From positions 146,105,993 through 146,169,992 of the forward strand of contig NC_052150.1 in the NCBI RefSeq assembly GCF_902713615.1: a stretch of DNA of 64,000 nt. Direction: 5' to 3'. Both the position numbers and the translations under genes were made by a program. Under the pieces are notes generated by a model that was not told where the DNA came from, searched no databases, and worked only from the letters and a program-made list of their open reading frames with translations. Positions 12,461 to 25,142 of the stretch are shown one piece after another. The DNA comes from Scyliorhinus canicula (Eukaryota). Numbering within the stretch: the stretch's first letter is position 1; the number at the start of each line of letters is the position of its first letter.

Positions 12461-12579
12461 AATCCAAATTTTTATGCCTCGATTTTACTCTGGCAATAAA
12501 CTGGAACAAAACACTAAGTGAAAATGAGTGTACCGTGACCCTAAAATCTTTTAAAAGATTTTTAAATAGTTTCCTCTGG

Positions 12580-13190
12580 TTATTAAATGCCCAAAATCCA
12601 ATATGGAGGAAAGTATTTTGATGGAGTTCCCCATGCGTCAGAGTTATTGGGGCTCGAGATTTTCCTTATACATATTAATGATCTGGATCTTGGTGCATAG
12701 GTCACAATTTCAAATTTGAGGATGAGAAGATACTTGGAAGAATTGTGGACTGTGAGGAAGATAGTGTAGAACTTTAAAAAGATATAGACAAGTTGGTGGA
12801 ATCGGTGGACAGATGGCAGATGAAGTTCAATACAGATAAATGTTAAGCAATTCATTTTGGTGGAAAGAACATAGAGAAACAAGATAAAATTAAGAGCACT
12901 AAAGGGGTTGCAGGAACTGATGTATATGTTTAAAAGTCATTGAAGTTGGCAGGGCAGGTTAAGAAACTGATTAATAAAGCATACAGTATATAAGCATAAA
13001 GCTTTATAAATAAGGGCATAGAATACAAGGGCAAGGAGGCTATGTTGAACTTGTATAAGATATTTGTTTGGCCTCAACTGGAGCATTGCCCCCAGTTCTG
13101 GGTGCTGCTGTTTCGGAAAGATGTGAAGGCATTGGAGGGGGTGCAGAAAAGATTTACAAGAATAGTTGCAGGGATGAGAAACTTCAGTTC
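12580..13190 (+). mobile_element. CR1 LINE RT fragment
   Basis: GVP..S.LG, YINDLDLG; MLNLYKIFVWPQLEHCPQFW..RKDVKALEGVQKRFTRI. Confidence 0.85.
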
Positions 13191-13191
13191 T

Positions 13192-13552
13192 ATCATAGAA
13201 CTCCTACAGTGCAGAAAGAGGCCATTCGCCCATCGAATCTACTTCGACCCGCTGAAAGGGCACCCTACCTATGCCCAGTCCCCCACTCTATCCCTCTTAA
13301 CCGTAACCCCACTTAACTATTAGATTCCAAGGGGCAATTTAGCATGGCCAATCCACCTAATCTGTACATCTTTGGACACGTTGGGACAATTTAGCATGGC
13401 TATTCCGTGAAAATTGCCCCTTAGTATCCAAAGATGTGCAGGGTTAGGGGGATAGGGCAGGGTAGTGGACCCCCGGAGGGTGCTCAGAGGGCCAGTGCAG
13501 ACTCGATCGGCCAAATGGCCTCCTTCTGCAATGTAGAAATTCTCATTACTTC
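13192..13552. mobile_element. Two headless V-SINE 3' halves joined back to back
   Basis: 13192-~13408 is a minus-strand SINE tail and body; ~13409-13552 is a plus-strand body and tail (AAATTGCCCCTTAG..AATGGCCTCCTTCTGCA). Confidence 0.8.
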
Positions 13553-14169
13553 TAATTCTAATCGGTATAATAGGAGAATACAATGGGCATCCCACATATT
13601 CTGCAGTGAGCAACATACTGCAATTAGCTGCAATATGCTGCAGTGCTTGTTGCTACTGGACATGTACATCATGAGGAACAAAGGTGTAAGGATTTTAGAA
13701 TTCAGCCAGTTTAAGGAAACTGTAGTCTAACCATCAATACGGTGAATAAAAGTTCAAAGTTTGGCCAAGGGACTAGGTATAGTGCAGATACCTGAACATG
13801 GAAGTAATGTATCATGAGGTGAAGGTTCAATAATTCTGGTCAGTGGCCTCCAAAACATTTTCAGAAATGGGACCCATGAACCTCCATGTCCAAATTTCAG
13901 GTTTGTACTTGGGTAGAATTTCAATGCCAGGAAAAAAATATATAAAGTTTGCCCTATGTATTACTGGTGACTTATTGGGATCAGTTCCAGGGTGGATTAT
14001 TGATGATGGAAGAGAAGTCATTTTTGCTAATTTTAATAAAAAGTTAAATAAATATTCTCATGCTCCCTTCTTAAACCTCTTTTCATTGCCTCCTCATGCT
14101 CCTCCTTTAAGACCTCCTTGAAGCCTACCGCCTTCTCAAACCTTCGGTCAACCCGCCTAAAATCAGTGG

Positions 14170-14510
14170 TGCGATAACGTTACGTTATTGGGTCAATGAT
14201 CTCCTCCAGGAACAATCAACTATCCATATGCCATTGAAAGTGGCATTGAAAATCTTCACTGCCCTCAATGCTATGCAACCACATCAGAGACCCACAATGG
14301 AAGTTACAAGCCAACCCCGGCTGCATTAAGGACAGCACTGAAGATCTTCTTCACCAGACCTGCAGGCACATATGATGTAGCAATGATTAGCTTCTGCAAA
14401 AGGAATGGCGGATTCAGTTTTACGACAGTGCTAGCATTTGCATGATGTTGGATGTCATTGATTGTATGTATGTGTCCATCCATAATCATGAGGAATGATT
14501 TCATTACTTG
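14170..14510 (+). mobile_element. Highly degenerate Harbinger transposase fragment
   Basis: MPLKVALKIFTALN.YAT and DVIDCMYVSI (compare HARBI1 GAIDCTHV). Confidence 0.45.
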
Positions 14511-15759
14511 GAACTATGGCCCCAGCAACTGCAGTCCTCTCATTTATACTGATGTGTAATGCAACTAATAAATCCTCCAACTCCTATAGTGTAAGCAGCA
14601 TCAAAGGGACTGCTGTAAAACAGCTCTTTTGGAAGCAAAACTACCAAGTACTACATCCCCAGGAAAGTTAGCGAGGACTGCCGGCAAGCAAAGCCAGTAC
14701 ACTGAAGCTTAATGCTCCTCAGCACCCAGTAGCCCTTCTTCCACATTATCAGTAGTGGTCTGTGTTCCATTACACAAATTGCTATATTGATTTCATTAAG
14801 ATGTCTATATCTGAGCTGGTGATTAAAATTAAGATTGATGGGTGTTCTTGTGCGACCTGCTCATGTGCTGCTGCTGGGTGCAGGTGATCACTTTATTCTC
14901 CTCACTCTATGAAGAGAGCAAGAGGGATATTTTGAGAACATAATCTTTTGAGTTATTAGGCTATTATAATATGGACAATTGATCAATTTTGCAGTGTTTC
15001 TTTAATTCCTCAATCATTTTCTCAACTACATTAACCATACGCACATCATAGAACCGAGCTAGCGGTTTAGCTGCCGATCAAATTCAGTGGTCCAAAAGTC
15101 TTGTTTTTCCCAGCGGTGAAGAATGGGTACAATAAACTATCTAATTTTAATTAATTTTATTCAAAGATATCTTGTGACAAACTCAATGGGTGAATATTTT
15201 TATTGTCCCCAAAAATGGATGAGGGGTGCGTGCACAATTGGCGTGCAGCACATCATTAAGAAATAGTAGAGTGGTGAATCCCCTCAGCATTTTGTGCAAG
15301 TTTGTGGGAGGTTTAAATAATTTAATTTTGACTTCCACCACTTAAAGTCAGTCTGCATCATTCTGGGTGCAGTAGGTTCTGGAAGTAATTGTAAATGAGT
15401 TTGTGACTCATGGGAAGAATATAGATGGTGTAACATGGTAAAGATTTTCTGGTGCAGCAGTCAAGGTCCTCATGCAGGAAGTGGACAGGAAGAGAAATGT
15501 CCCATATCCACATTGCCAAGGGTGTGAAGGGATGGGAAGAATGGGAGAGGCCAGAAGGCTCAGACATCACTCGGAAAGGGACAGAAGCTGATAGTTTTAG
15601 AAGTCATTACGGACAGTGTCATCCTGAGGGCCTGAATGCAGTACCGCAAGACGTTGATTGACCTCACATCGATGGTCAAGGTCATGAGTTCATGTTCAAA
15701 TGGCAAATCCTCACAACAGCTGCACCAAGGAATCAGACACAAGGAGGGAATTTTGATAA

Positions 15760-17195
15760 TAGAAGAAACTCAAAGGGTTGGTGACTGAATGCACAAAGCA
15801 TTTGCAACAAAATTAATGAGCTAACGGCATAAAAAGAGTCAAACGGGTATGATTTGGTCATGATTGCTAAGACATGGGGCGGGATTCTCCGACCCCCCAC
15901 TGGGTCAGAGAATCGCCAGGGGGTGGCATGAATCTCACCCCCACTGGTTGCCGAATTCTCCGGCGCCGGGGATTTGGCGGGGCGGGAATCGCGCCGCGCC
16001 GGTCGGCGGCCACTAGCAGCGCGACCCCCCCCCCCCGGAGATTTTCCAGCCCACGATGGGCTGAGCGGCCGATCCCGCCGGTGTAAATTAGAGTAGGTAC
16101 TTACCAGCGGGACCTGGCTCCACGGGCGGCCGCCAGGGTCCTCGGGGGGGGGGTGCGGGGGGATCTGCCCCAAAGGTGCCCCAAGGTGGCCTGGCCCGCG
16201 GTCGAGGCCCGCCGACCCGCGGGCAGGCCAGTGCCATGGGGGCTCTCCATTCCTCCGCGTCGCCTGCTGTGGACCTCCGCAATGGCCGACGTGGAGATGA
16301 CCCCCCTGCGCATGCGCTGGGATAACGCTAACACACGCTGGCGCTCCCGCGCATGCGCCAACTCGCGCTGGCCAGCGGAGGCCCTTTCGCACCGGTTGGC
16401 GTGGTGCCAAGCTCCTCGGCGCGGTGCAAACCACTCCGGCGCCAGCCTAGCCCTTGAAGGTGCGGAGGATGCTGCACCTGCGGGGCGGCCAGATGCTGGA
16501 GTGGTTCACGCCACTCCTTCGCGCCGGAGTTGCCCATCCTGCCGATTCCTGCAGAATCCCACCCATTGTAACAAGGAGACCAGGCTTGGGAGTTGAATAT
16601 CCAAGAGTACTCAGTATTTTGGAAGGATAGACTGAAAGATAAAGGAGGTGGTGCAGCTTTGTTGGTGAAGGAAGGGATCAGTGCTGTAGTGCAAAATGAT
16701 AAAGGAACTAGAAATCAAGGCGTGGAATTAGTCTGCATAGAAATAAAAAATAGCAAAGGAAAGAAGTCCCTGGTGGGAGTAATCTATAGGTCCCCAAACA
16801 GTAGTTCCACAGTTGAGTACAGTATAAACCAGGAAAAACTGGGGGCTTGCAAGAAAGGTACAGCACTAATCATGGATGATTTCAATATGCACATAGAATG
16901 GATTAATTAATTTGGCAAGGGTAGCCTTGAGGGAAAGTTCATCGAATGTATTGAAGATTGGTTTTTGGAGCAATATATTGTGGAACCATCCAGGGAGCAG
17001 GCTATTCTGGATTGGTATTGTGCAATGAGGAGCAATGAGTTCATGACCTCATAGTTAAGGATCTTCCAGAGAAGGGTTGGGGAGAATTGGCAGAAAAGTG
17101 GAGTTGAGGCCGAGATGAGATCAACCATGACCATATTGAATGTAGAGCAGGCTCGAGGGGCTGAATTGTCTTCTGCTGTTCTTAGTTCTTATGCT
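15760..17195 (+). mobile_element. CR1 LINE endonuclease region fused to a 3' tail, split by a MITE
   Basis: LNAQSICNKINEL..YDLVMIA.T | QGDQAWELNIQEY..VGVIYRSPNS..DFNMHIEW..FLEQYIVEPSREQAILD; CR1 tail at ~17075-17195. Confidence 0.85.
15877..16564 (+). mobile_element. GC/CpG-rich Harbinger-type MITE
   Basis: TIR GGGCGGGATTCTCC ... GCAGAATCCCACCC; AT-core duplication; colinear with 683-1442; splits the CR1 ETW motif. Confidence 0.85.
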
Positions 17196-17621
17196 GTTAT
17201 TTAACAATAATGATGCTCAGATCTGACTATGTCAATTGTCATATCTGTATTTATCTTTTCATTGAATAGCAGCTCAGACACCTGTCCACTGCATTAAAAT
17301 TTGAACAGATGGCTGAGATCTTTTAATGATTTCAAAGGCATTAAAGTATTCAACTCTTCAGTTTTTATTTATGTAGTTGTGCAATAAAATCCCTTTATGA
17401 ATGCTTGACTCATTTCCAGTGGTGCCCATGAGCTGATCCATCGCGCACTGGGTGGAGATTTAAAAAGAGGAGAGGTGAAAGTTGGAGCTGAGATTTAAAA
17501 TAAGTGGGAACTGTGAGTCAGATTGGAGATTTAAAAAGAGCAGGAGCTGAGAGTCAGCAGAGATTTAAGAAGAGTCGGAGCTGAGAGGAACCCTCAGAGC
17601 AGCAGGCTGAGTTTGAAAAAC

Positions 17622-17947
17622 ATATAACATAGAACATACAGTGCAAAAGGAGGCCATTCAGCCCATCGAGTCTGCATCGACCCACTTAAGCTCTCACTTC
17701 CACCCTATCCCCGTAACCCAATAACCCCTCCTAATCTTTTTTGACACTAAGGGCAATTTATCATGGCCAATCCACCTAACCTGCACGTCCTTGCACTGTG
17801 GGAGGAAACCGGAGTACCCGGAGGAAACCCATGCAGACACGGGGAGAACATGCAGACTCCACACAGACAGTGACCCAGCAGGGAATAGAACCTGGGACCC
17901 TGGCGCTGTGAAGCCACAGTGCTATCCACTTGTGCTACCGTGCTGCC
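17622..17947 (-). mobile_element. Full-length V-SINE, CR1-type tail
   Basis: tRNA head, V-domain, (TTCTATG)n tail. Confidence 0.92.
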
Positions 17948-18425
17948 AATCCAGCAGTGATGTCATTGGAAAATGGTAAGTTCATTGGCTGGTGAGTAAC
18001 TGTTAATTTGCATGACCTATTCTAAATTTCAGATTAAAGTTAAAAAGAGAAATATTTTACAGATTAGAAAGATTAAAATTAGGTGGAAATGAAAAAAAAG
18101 CAAATTAAGTCTAATTAAATGAAATAGAGAAGCAGGGCCAGGTGATGTGCATGATATAGGAACTGGTGAACCCCATTGTGATTCCCAGTGACCACATCTG
18201 TAGGAAGTGTTGGTTGCTCGAGGAACTCTGGCTCAGAGTTGATGAGCTAGATTCTGAGCTTCAGATGCTGCGACACTTCAGGGAGGGGGAGAGGTAACTG
18301 GACACCTTGTTTCAGGAGGTAGCCACACCTCTGTGAGAAAGTAGGGCTGTCGATATGAATTTAAACTAAATAGTGAGTGGTGGTGGGGGGGGTTCAGTTG
18401 TATGGAGAATTAGGAAATCAAAGTT

Positions 18426-18649
18426 TTTTTTTTAAATTTAGAGTACCCAATTCATTTTTCCAATTAAGGGGCAATTTAGCCTGGCTAATCCACCTACCCT
18501 GCACATCTTTGGGTTGTGGGGGCGAAACCCACGCAAACACAGGGAGAATGTGCAAACTCCACACGGACAGTGACCCAGAGCTGGGATCGAACCTGGGACC
18601 TCGGCACCATGAGGCAGCAGGGCTAACCCACTGCGCCACCGTGCTGCCC
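18426..18649 (-). mobile_element. Short poly(A)-tailed V-SINE
   Basis: 14-bp TSD AGGAAATCAAAGTT (18412-18425 / 18650-18663); ends TAATTGGAAAAATGAATTGGGTACTCTAAATTT(A)n. Confidence 0.92.
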
Positions 18650-19771
18650 AGGAAATCAAAGTTAAAGGAGAAGGTGATGGTGCAGGTTAATGATAAGAAC
18701 TTTAAACTAATTAAAGGAGCCCAGGGCTCAAGAGAGGTTAATAAAGTTTCAGAACACGTCAAAGAACAGAGAGTACAGAAAGTGGCAAGAATCCAACTTC
18801 AGGCACAGCAAAAAAGGGGACAACTATGGGAAGGGGGTGGTCAACGCAGGACTGAGGATGTTGTACCTAAATGAGTGCAGTATGCAGAACAAAGTAAATT
18901 AGCTTGTTGTGCACATTGAAATTGGCCGGTACAATATTGGGTGCATCACAGAGACGTGGCTGGAAGGGGATCAGGGCTGGGATCTATATATACAAGGATA
19001 TGTGTCCTATCGAAAGGCAGATGGGCAGTGGAGCATTGTTACTCAGAAATGAACTTAAATCGATAGCAAGAACAGGAATCACAAAGGACAAAATACCCTG
19101 ATGAGAGTTATGTACCGGCCGCCTAGCAGTAGTCAGAATGTGGGGCAGAAAATAAAACAGGAGATAGGCATATAAGAAAGGCAATATTTCAATAACCATG
19201 CGAGCTTCAATATGCAGATGGACTAGGAAAATCAGGTTGGTAGCGGATCCCAAGAAAAGGAATTTGTGGAATGTCTACAAGATGGCTTTTTGGAGCAGCT
19301 TGTGGTGGAGCCTACCAGGGAACAGGCAATGCTGGATTTGGTAATGTGTAATGAGCAGACTTGATTAGGGAACCTAAGGTGAAGGTTCTCTGAGGGAGCA
19401 GTGACCACAATATGCTAGAATTTACCCTGCAGTTTGAGAAGAAGAAGCTGGGATCAGATGTAATGGTATTCCAATTAAATAAAGGTAACTATAAAGACAT
19501 GAGTGAGGAGCTGGCCAGAGTTGATTGGAAAAGGGGCCTAGCAGGGAAGACAGTGGAACAGCAATGGCAGGGGTCTTTGGGGGTTATTCGGGTGACACAA
19601 CAGAAAATCATCCCAAGCAGAAGGAAACATGCTAAGGGGAGGATGAGGCATCCATGGCTGATGAGGGAAGTCAAGGACAGCGTAAAAGCAAAAGAAAAAG
19701 TATACAATATGGCAGTGATTAGTTGGAAGCCAGAGGACTGGGAAGCCTTGAAAAGCAAGCAGAGGATAACT

Positions 19772-20415
19772 TAATAATAATAATCTTTATTAGTGTCACA
19801 AGTAGGCTTACATTAACACTGCAAGTAACTGTGAAAATCCCCTAGTCGCCACACTCCGGCGCCTGTTCGAGTACATAGAACATAGAACATACAGTGCAGA
19901 AGGAGGCCATTTGACCCATCGAGTCTGCACCAACCCACTTAAGCCCTCACCCACCCTATCCCCGTAACCCAATAACCCCTCCTAACCTTTTTGGTTACTA
20001 AGGGCAATTTATCATGGCCAATCCACCGAACCTGCATGTCTTTGGAATGTGGGAGGAAACCGGAGCACCCGGAGGAAACCCACGCAGACACAGGGAGAAC
20101 GTGTAAACTCCGTACAGACAGTGACCCAGCGGGGAATCAAACCTGGGACCCTGGCGCTGTGAAGCCCAGTGCTATCCACTTGTGCTACCATGCTGCCCAT
20201 AAAACACTGAGTACACCAGTACACTGAGGGAGAATGTCCAATTCACTTAAAAGCACATTTTGCAGGACTTGTGGAAGGGAACCGGTGCACCCAGATGAAA
20301 CCCACACAAATGCGGTGAGAACGTGCCACTCTTCACAGACAGTGACCCAAGCCGGGAATCGAACCTGGGTCCCTGGTGCTGTGAAGCAACAGTGCTAACC
20401 ACTGTGCTATCGTGG
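19772..20415 (-). mobile_element. V-SINE with (TTA)n tail, containing a nested CR1-tailed V-SINE (19874-20198)
   Basis: Outer tail GGGGATTTTCACAG..CCTACTTGTGACACTAATAAAGATTATTA; the inner element is complete with its head. Confidence 0.88.
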
Positions 20416-20679
20416 CATCTATTAAAATGCAATAAGGCAGGGGGGCAGGAGAAGATGAAATATGAGTGTAAATAAGCTAGTAATATAAAAGGAGATTGCA
20501 AGAGTATTTTTCAATATATAAAAGATGAGAGAGAGGCAAGAATGGACATTGTATCATTGGAACATGAGGCTGGAGAAGTAGTAATAGGGAACAAAGAAAT
20601 GGCAGAGGAACTGAATACGTACTTTGCATCAGGCTTGACGGTGGAAGACACCAGTGGCATACCAGAACTTTAAGAATGT

Positions 20680-21450
20680 GGATCACATTCAAGAGCAAAG
20701 AACATTACGTTAATACGCCGAAGGAGGCAAATGACTTTGTTAAGAAGAATGGTTTGAGGGTGGACTAATGTTGATAATGTATAGTTTGGATGTTTTTGCA
20801 ATTTGAATGTTTGGAAATGTTATGATTGCATGTGTTGGTTTTTTCATTGTGATCAGTGTTGCTCTCTTGGTTTGGGTGGGTTCTTTTGGGATTGCACTAG
20901 TGATGTGGGGGGGAGGGTAATTTGGGTGATGGGGATGGGGTTCTTTGTGTGGTTCTCCGAATGGAGGTCGCCATGCTAGCAGTGATGCCAGTAAATGGAA
21001 GCAGTGTGGGGGTGGTGGCTACAACAGGTAGCCAGGGACGGGGAGTGTGATGGTCAGGTTAGTGGTGGGAGTTAGGGAGCCTGGGATGGGTTGGTTCCCT
21101 TTGTTTAGGGGTTGGGGGGGGAAGGATGTAGGTGGCTGGTTGGGTGGATCGTTTGCAGGGAAGAGTGGGGAGGGGGCCAGGGGAGGGGCGAGAGGGGCCG
21201 AAGAGGGGCCAACGGTAAGGGGAGACGCAGTAAGCTGGTGACGCAGGTATCTTTGTAGTTAGGTGTAGGTGAGGATGGGAGCAGTGACCATCTTGAGTGG
21301 GCCCAACCTCAAGGGAAGTTTTGATCTAACGAGATCGGCATATTAGGTTAGCAGAGGGGATGGTCAGAGGTCCCAAGTGAGGATGGTGACACGGAATGTG
21401 GCCCAGTTAAAAGATCCCAGGTATTTGCTCATTTGAAGAGCTTGGGGCGG
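20680..21450 (+). mobile_element. L1/Tx1-type fragment (ORF1 end, inter-ORF region, ORF2 start)
   Basis: HYVNTPKEANDFVKKN; RMVT.NV..PVKRSQVFAHLKSL, similar to the ORF2 start at 39670. Confidence 0.7.
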
Positions 21451-22407
21451 TACGCAATGATGAATTGGCTGCTGGTGGGGGCCTTCGTAGTCTTTGTGAA
21501 CATTAGTGAACATCAGGGTTGGGGGTTGGAGAATGGGTGCCATTGGGACTCTTGAGGGACCATGTGCCTCAACCAAATGGAGTTGAGAGGAACAACTGTG
21601 TGGAAAAGGCTATAGTGTGAAAGAAGGTGGTGCGAGGCTTAGTGGATCAGCATTCACTAAGAGGGGAAGCACATGTGTGGATATCTGAGAGGCATGGAGG
21701 GCTGAGGGTCAGGGATCTTCAACACTGACTTGGGTGTTCTCTTCTTTTCAGTGTACGGTTCTGTAGAATAATGGAGCCAGTTGAGTTGGCTTTTCTACTC
21801 ATCGTGATCGAGCAGCAAAAGTGACATTGACTTGCTGCAGGACCAGTTCCCTGCAGAGGAGCGAGAGGCTGGCCCTGTAGCTTTTTTGGGAGCGGCACCA
21901 CAGATGGTGGAGCCTCGTAGGAGACATAACCAACAAAGGGTTTTCCAAAGTTGGATATCCTAGCTGCAGATGTCGGAGCTTCAGTGCCGGAGAAGAATGC
22001 ATCTGTCCTGGGGGACTGTGGACCAACTTGGCCAAATCCTGCAAGAGCTGGTGCCACATGGAATGGGAGGTCACCCACTATCCATGGCCCTTAAAGTTAC
22101 TGCCACTCTGAACTTCTATGCAGGCAGCTCATTTTAGCACAGCATCGGTGATCTGTGTGGCATGTCCCCGTCAGCTGCACACAAATGCATAAGGGATGCT
22201 CTTTATGCGAGGGCCCGCATATATATATACTTGGACCGGGCCAGGAGAGCCAGGACTCCAGGACCAAAAGCTTTGCCTGCTTAGCCGGCATGCCCCAGGT
22301 GCAGGTTGTGATGACTGCATCCACATGGCCCTTCAGTCTCCATTGTGTCATGCAACACCATTTGTGAACCTCCAGGGAAACCACTCCCTCAATACCCAAC
22401 TGGCTGC

Positions 22408-22596
22408 TGTTGAAGAAAGCGTCAAGAGTTCTGCTCCTTTCCCAAGACACCTTTATTTTCCTTGAACACTCTATACAAAAGCTCTATCACCACACCACAA
22501 GTTCCACTTGCAACATCTTACATATCAGTGTCAATTATCGAATACTGAACATCAATTTGGCACGTAATTGGAATGTCTCTCAACCCATTCCTAACA
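22408..22596 (-). repeat. 3' LTR of the Copia element
   Basis: TGTT...AACA termini, AATAAA on the minus strand, adjacent PPT. Confidence 0.8.
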
Positions 22597-23061
22597 GACG
22601 CCCCTTTCTTGGAGAAAAAAAATAATTTGGTAAATATTGGTTTTCCCTGAAAAAACAAAATTACAAGAAACACATGCAAGCACATCTTCCCCCCCCCCCC
22701 CTTCCCCCCCCCCCCCCCCCCAACCCCCCACCCCACTTTTTGTTTTCCCTTTTTTGGAAGAAAAAACTGAGTCATAGAAACAGCCATCCTTCACTCATAA
22801 TATCCAAAAGTTTCTGTGAACTCGCCCCTCTCATCAAAGAACAATCAGACAATTGATAGCAACTGTTGACAGATTTAATCTTTGCTATCTCACCTTTGTC
22901 CACATCTGTTTCAAACTTGCGATGTCTATCCTTAACCTTTTCTCATTCACACTTTTTGTAGAGTGCACATTTTCCCACAGGGACTCATTGTCAATGTGAC
23001 ACTCAATGGGTATGTTACCCAAATACCTTAATCCCAAAATATCTGTCAATATCTGGGACAT

Positions 23062-23175
23062 ATCGGTGGTACAGTGGTTAGCACTGCTGCCTGTGATACT
23101 GAGCACGCGGGTTTGAATCCCGGTCCTGGGTCACTGTCTGTGTAGAGTTTGCACAGTCTCCCTGTGTCTGCATGG
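23062..23175 (+). mobile_element. V-SINE head fragment inside the Copia RNase H
   Basis: GGTACAGTGGTTAGCACTGCTGCC..GGTTTGAATCCC..GTCACTGTCTGTGTAGAGTTTGCAC. Confidence 0.8.
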
Positions 23176-23508
23176 CCAAAGTGTATTGATCACTCGCCTT
23201 ATTTTCTTTGTTTCCCTCACAAGGGGGCAACATTTACCATTGTTCCCCAAAAGGAAAATTATAAAACCTCCTGCACTTGAAACCTCTAAATTTGCATAGG
23301 ACGCATCACCATAAACTGAGTTTTAAGTGCCGAAGATCACCTAAAACCCGGATCCTCAAAGCACTGTCCTACATTTTTAGTTTGACCAACGCTTTATTTG
23401 CTGTCATTATGTCTTCCACTTCAGGATTATTCATTTTTGTACTCAACTCTAAGACATCAATAAGAAGTCTTACAACACACGGTTAAAATCCAACAGGTTT
23501 GTTTCAAA

Positions 23509-23545
23509 CCACTAACTTTCGGAGCACTGCTCCTTCCTCAGGTGA
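23509..23545 (-). ncRNA. Minimal hammerhead ribozyme motif (Penelope-associated)
   Basis: TCAC-CTGAGGA-A-GGAGC-AGT-GCTCC-GAAA-GTTA-GTGG: CUGANGA and GAAA core, perfect stem II, stem I. Confidence 0.75.
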
Positions 23546-25105
23546 ATGAAGAGGTAGGTTCCAGAAACATATAAATGGACAAAGTCAAAGATGCAGCCGA
23601 TACTTTGAATGCGAGCATTTGCAGTTAATTAAGTCTTTACAGATACAATGAGAGGGATAACCCCAGGTTAAAGAGGTGTGAATTGTCTCAAGTCCGGATA
23701 GTTGGTAGGATTTCGCAAACCCAGGCCAGATGGTGGGGGGTGAATGTAATGCGACATGAATCCAAGGTCCCGATTGAGGCCGCACTGATATGTGCGGAAC
23801 TTGGCTATAAGTTTCTGCTCGGCGATTCTGTGTTGTCGTGCGTCCTGAAGGCTGCCTTGAGAACGCTTACCCGAAGATCGGAGGCTAAATGCCCTTGACT
23901 GCTGAAGTGTTCCCTGACTGGAAGGTAACGTTCCTGCCTGGTGATTGTCGTGCGATGTCCATTCATCTGTTGTTGCAGCGTCTGCATGGTCTCGCCAATG
24001 TGCCACGCTTCGGGACATCCTTTCCTACACCGTATGAGGTAAACAACGTTGGCCGAGTCACATGAGTATGTACGTGTATCATCTCACGTGTAATGGTGGT
24101 ACCCATGTCGATGATCTGGCGCGTCATGCAGAGATTGCCATGGCAGGGTTGTGTGGTGTCGTGGTCGCTATTCTGAAGGCTGGGTTGTTTGAAGGCAAGT
24201 CGTGGGAGGGTGGGGATGACCATGGCAAGATATTTGTCTTCATCGATGACGTGTTGAAGGCTGCAAAGAAGATGAAATAGTTTCTCCACTCTGGGGAAGT
24301 ACTGGACGATGTAGGGTACTCTGTCGGTTGTGTCTTGTGTTTGTCTTCTGAGGAGGTTGGTGCGGTTTTTTGCTGTGGCGTGTTGGAACTGTCGATCGAT
24401 AATTCGAACGCCATATCCCGTTCGTACGAGGGCATCTTTCAGCATCTGTAGATGTCTGTTACGCTCCTCCTCATCTGAGCAGATCCTGTGTATACGGAGG
24501 GCGTGTCCATAGGGGATATCATTGACATCATCGACATGGGTATCGCCATTACACGTGAGAACACCACCCACCAGGTACTCGGTACATACTCGTGTGACTC
24601 GGCCAACGTTGTCTACCTCATACGCTGCAGGAAAGGATGTCCCAAAGCGTGGTGCATTGGCGAGACCATGCAGGCGCTGCGACAACGGATGAACGGACAT
24701 GGCACGACAATCGCCAATAAGGAATGTTCCCTTCTAGTCAGGGAACACTTCAGCAGTCAAGGGCATTCAGCTTCTGATCTTCGGGCCAGCGTTCTCCAAG
24801 GCAGCCTTCAGGTCGCGCGACAACGCAGAATCACCGAGTAGAAACTTATAGCAAATTCCTCACACATGAGTGCGGCCTCAACCAGGACCATGGATTCATG
24901 TCGCATTACATTCACCCCCCACCATCTGGCCTGGGGTTGCAAAATCCTACCAACTGTCCTAGCTTGAGACAATTCACACCTTTTAACTTGGGGTAACCCC
25001 TCTCTCTGGATCTGTACAGACTTAATTAACTGCAAATGCTCGCATTCAAAACATTGTCTTACATCTTTGATTTTGTTTATATATATGTTTTTGGAACCTC
25101 TTCAT

Positions 25106-25142
25106 TCACCTGAGGAAGGAGCAGTGCCCCGAAAGATCGTGA
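25106..25142 (+). ncRNA. Minimal hammerhead ribozyme motif (Penelope-associated)
   Basis: TCAC-CTGAGGA-A-GGAGC-AGT-GCCCC-GAAA-GATC-GTGA; one stem II mismatch. Confidence 0.7.

Larger units (their letters stand above)
17440..20680 (+). mobile_element. CR1 LINE 5' half (5' UTR repeats, ORF1 zinc finger, ORF2 endonuclease), with nested SINEs
   Basis: ORF1-like DHICRKCWLLEELWLRVDELDSELQMLRH; ORF2 LYLNECSMQNKV..ITETWL, YRPP, FLEQLVVEPTREQAMLDLV, SDHNMLEF, PWLMREVKDS. Confidence 0.85.

Noticed and set aside
13555-15350. Apparently unique sequence that might hold exons or enhancers (also 30500-31075)
   Set aside because: No supportable ORF, splice pattern or repeat structure apart from weak Harbinger- and L2-like traces; probably old TE debris.
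17455-17615. Short spaced repeats (GAGATTTAAAAAGAG..GCTGAGA), superficially CRISPR-like
   Set aside because: Degenerate tandem units in a CR1 5' UTR of a eukaryote; no constant repeat/unique spacer structure and no cas genes.
22688-22735. Long C/G homopolymers (also 41375-41399, 44040-44068 and 51713-51735)
   Set aside because: Slippage-expanded runs inside TEs; lengths are unreliable in assemblies.
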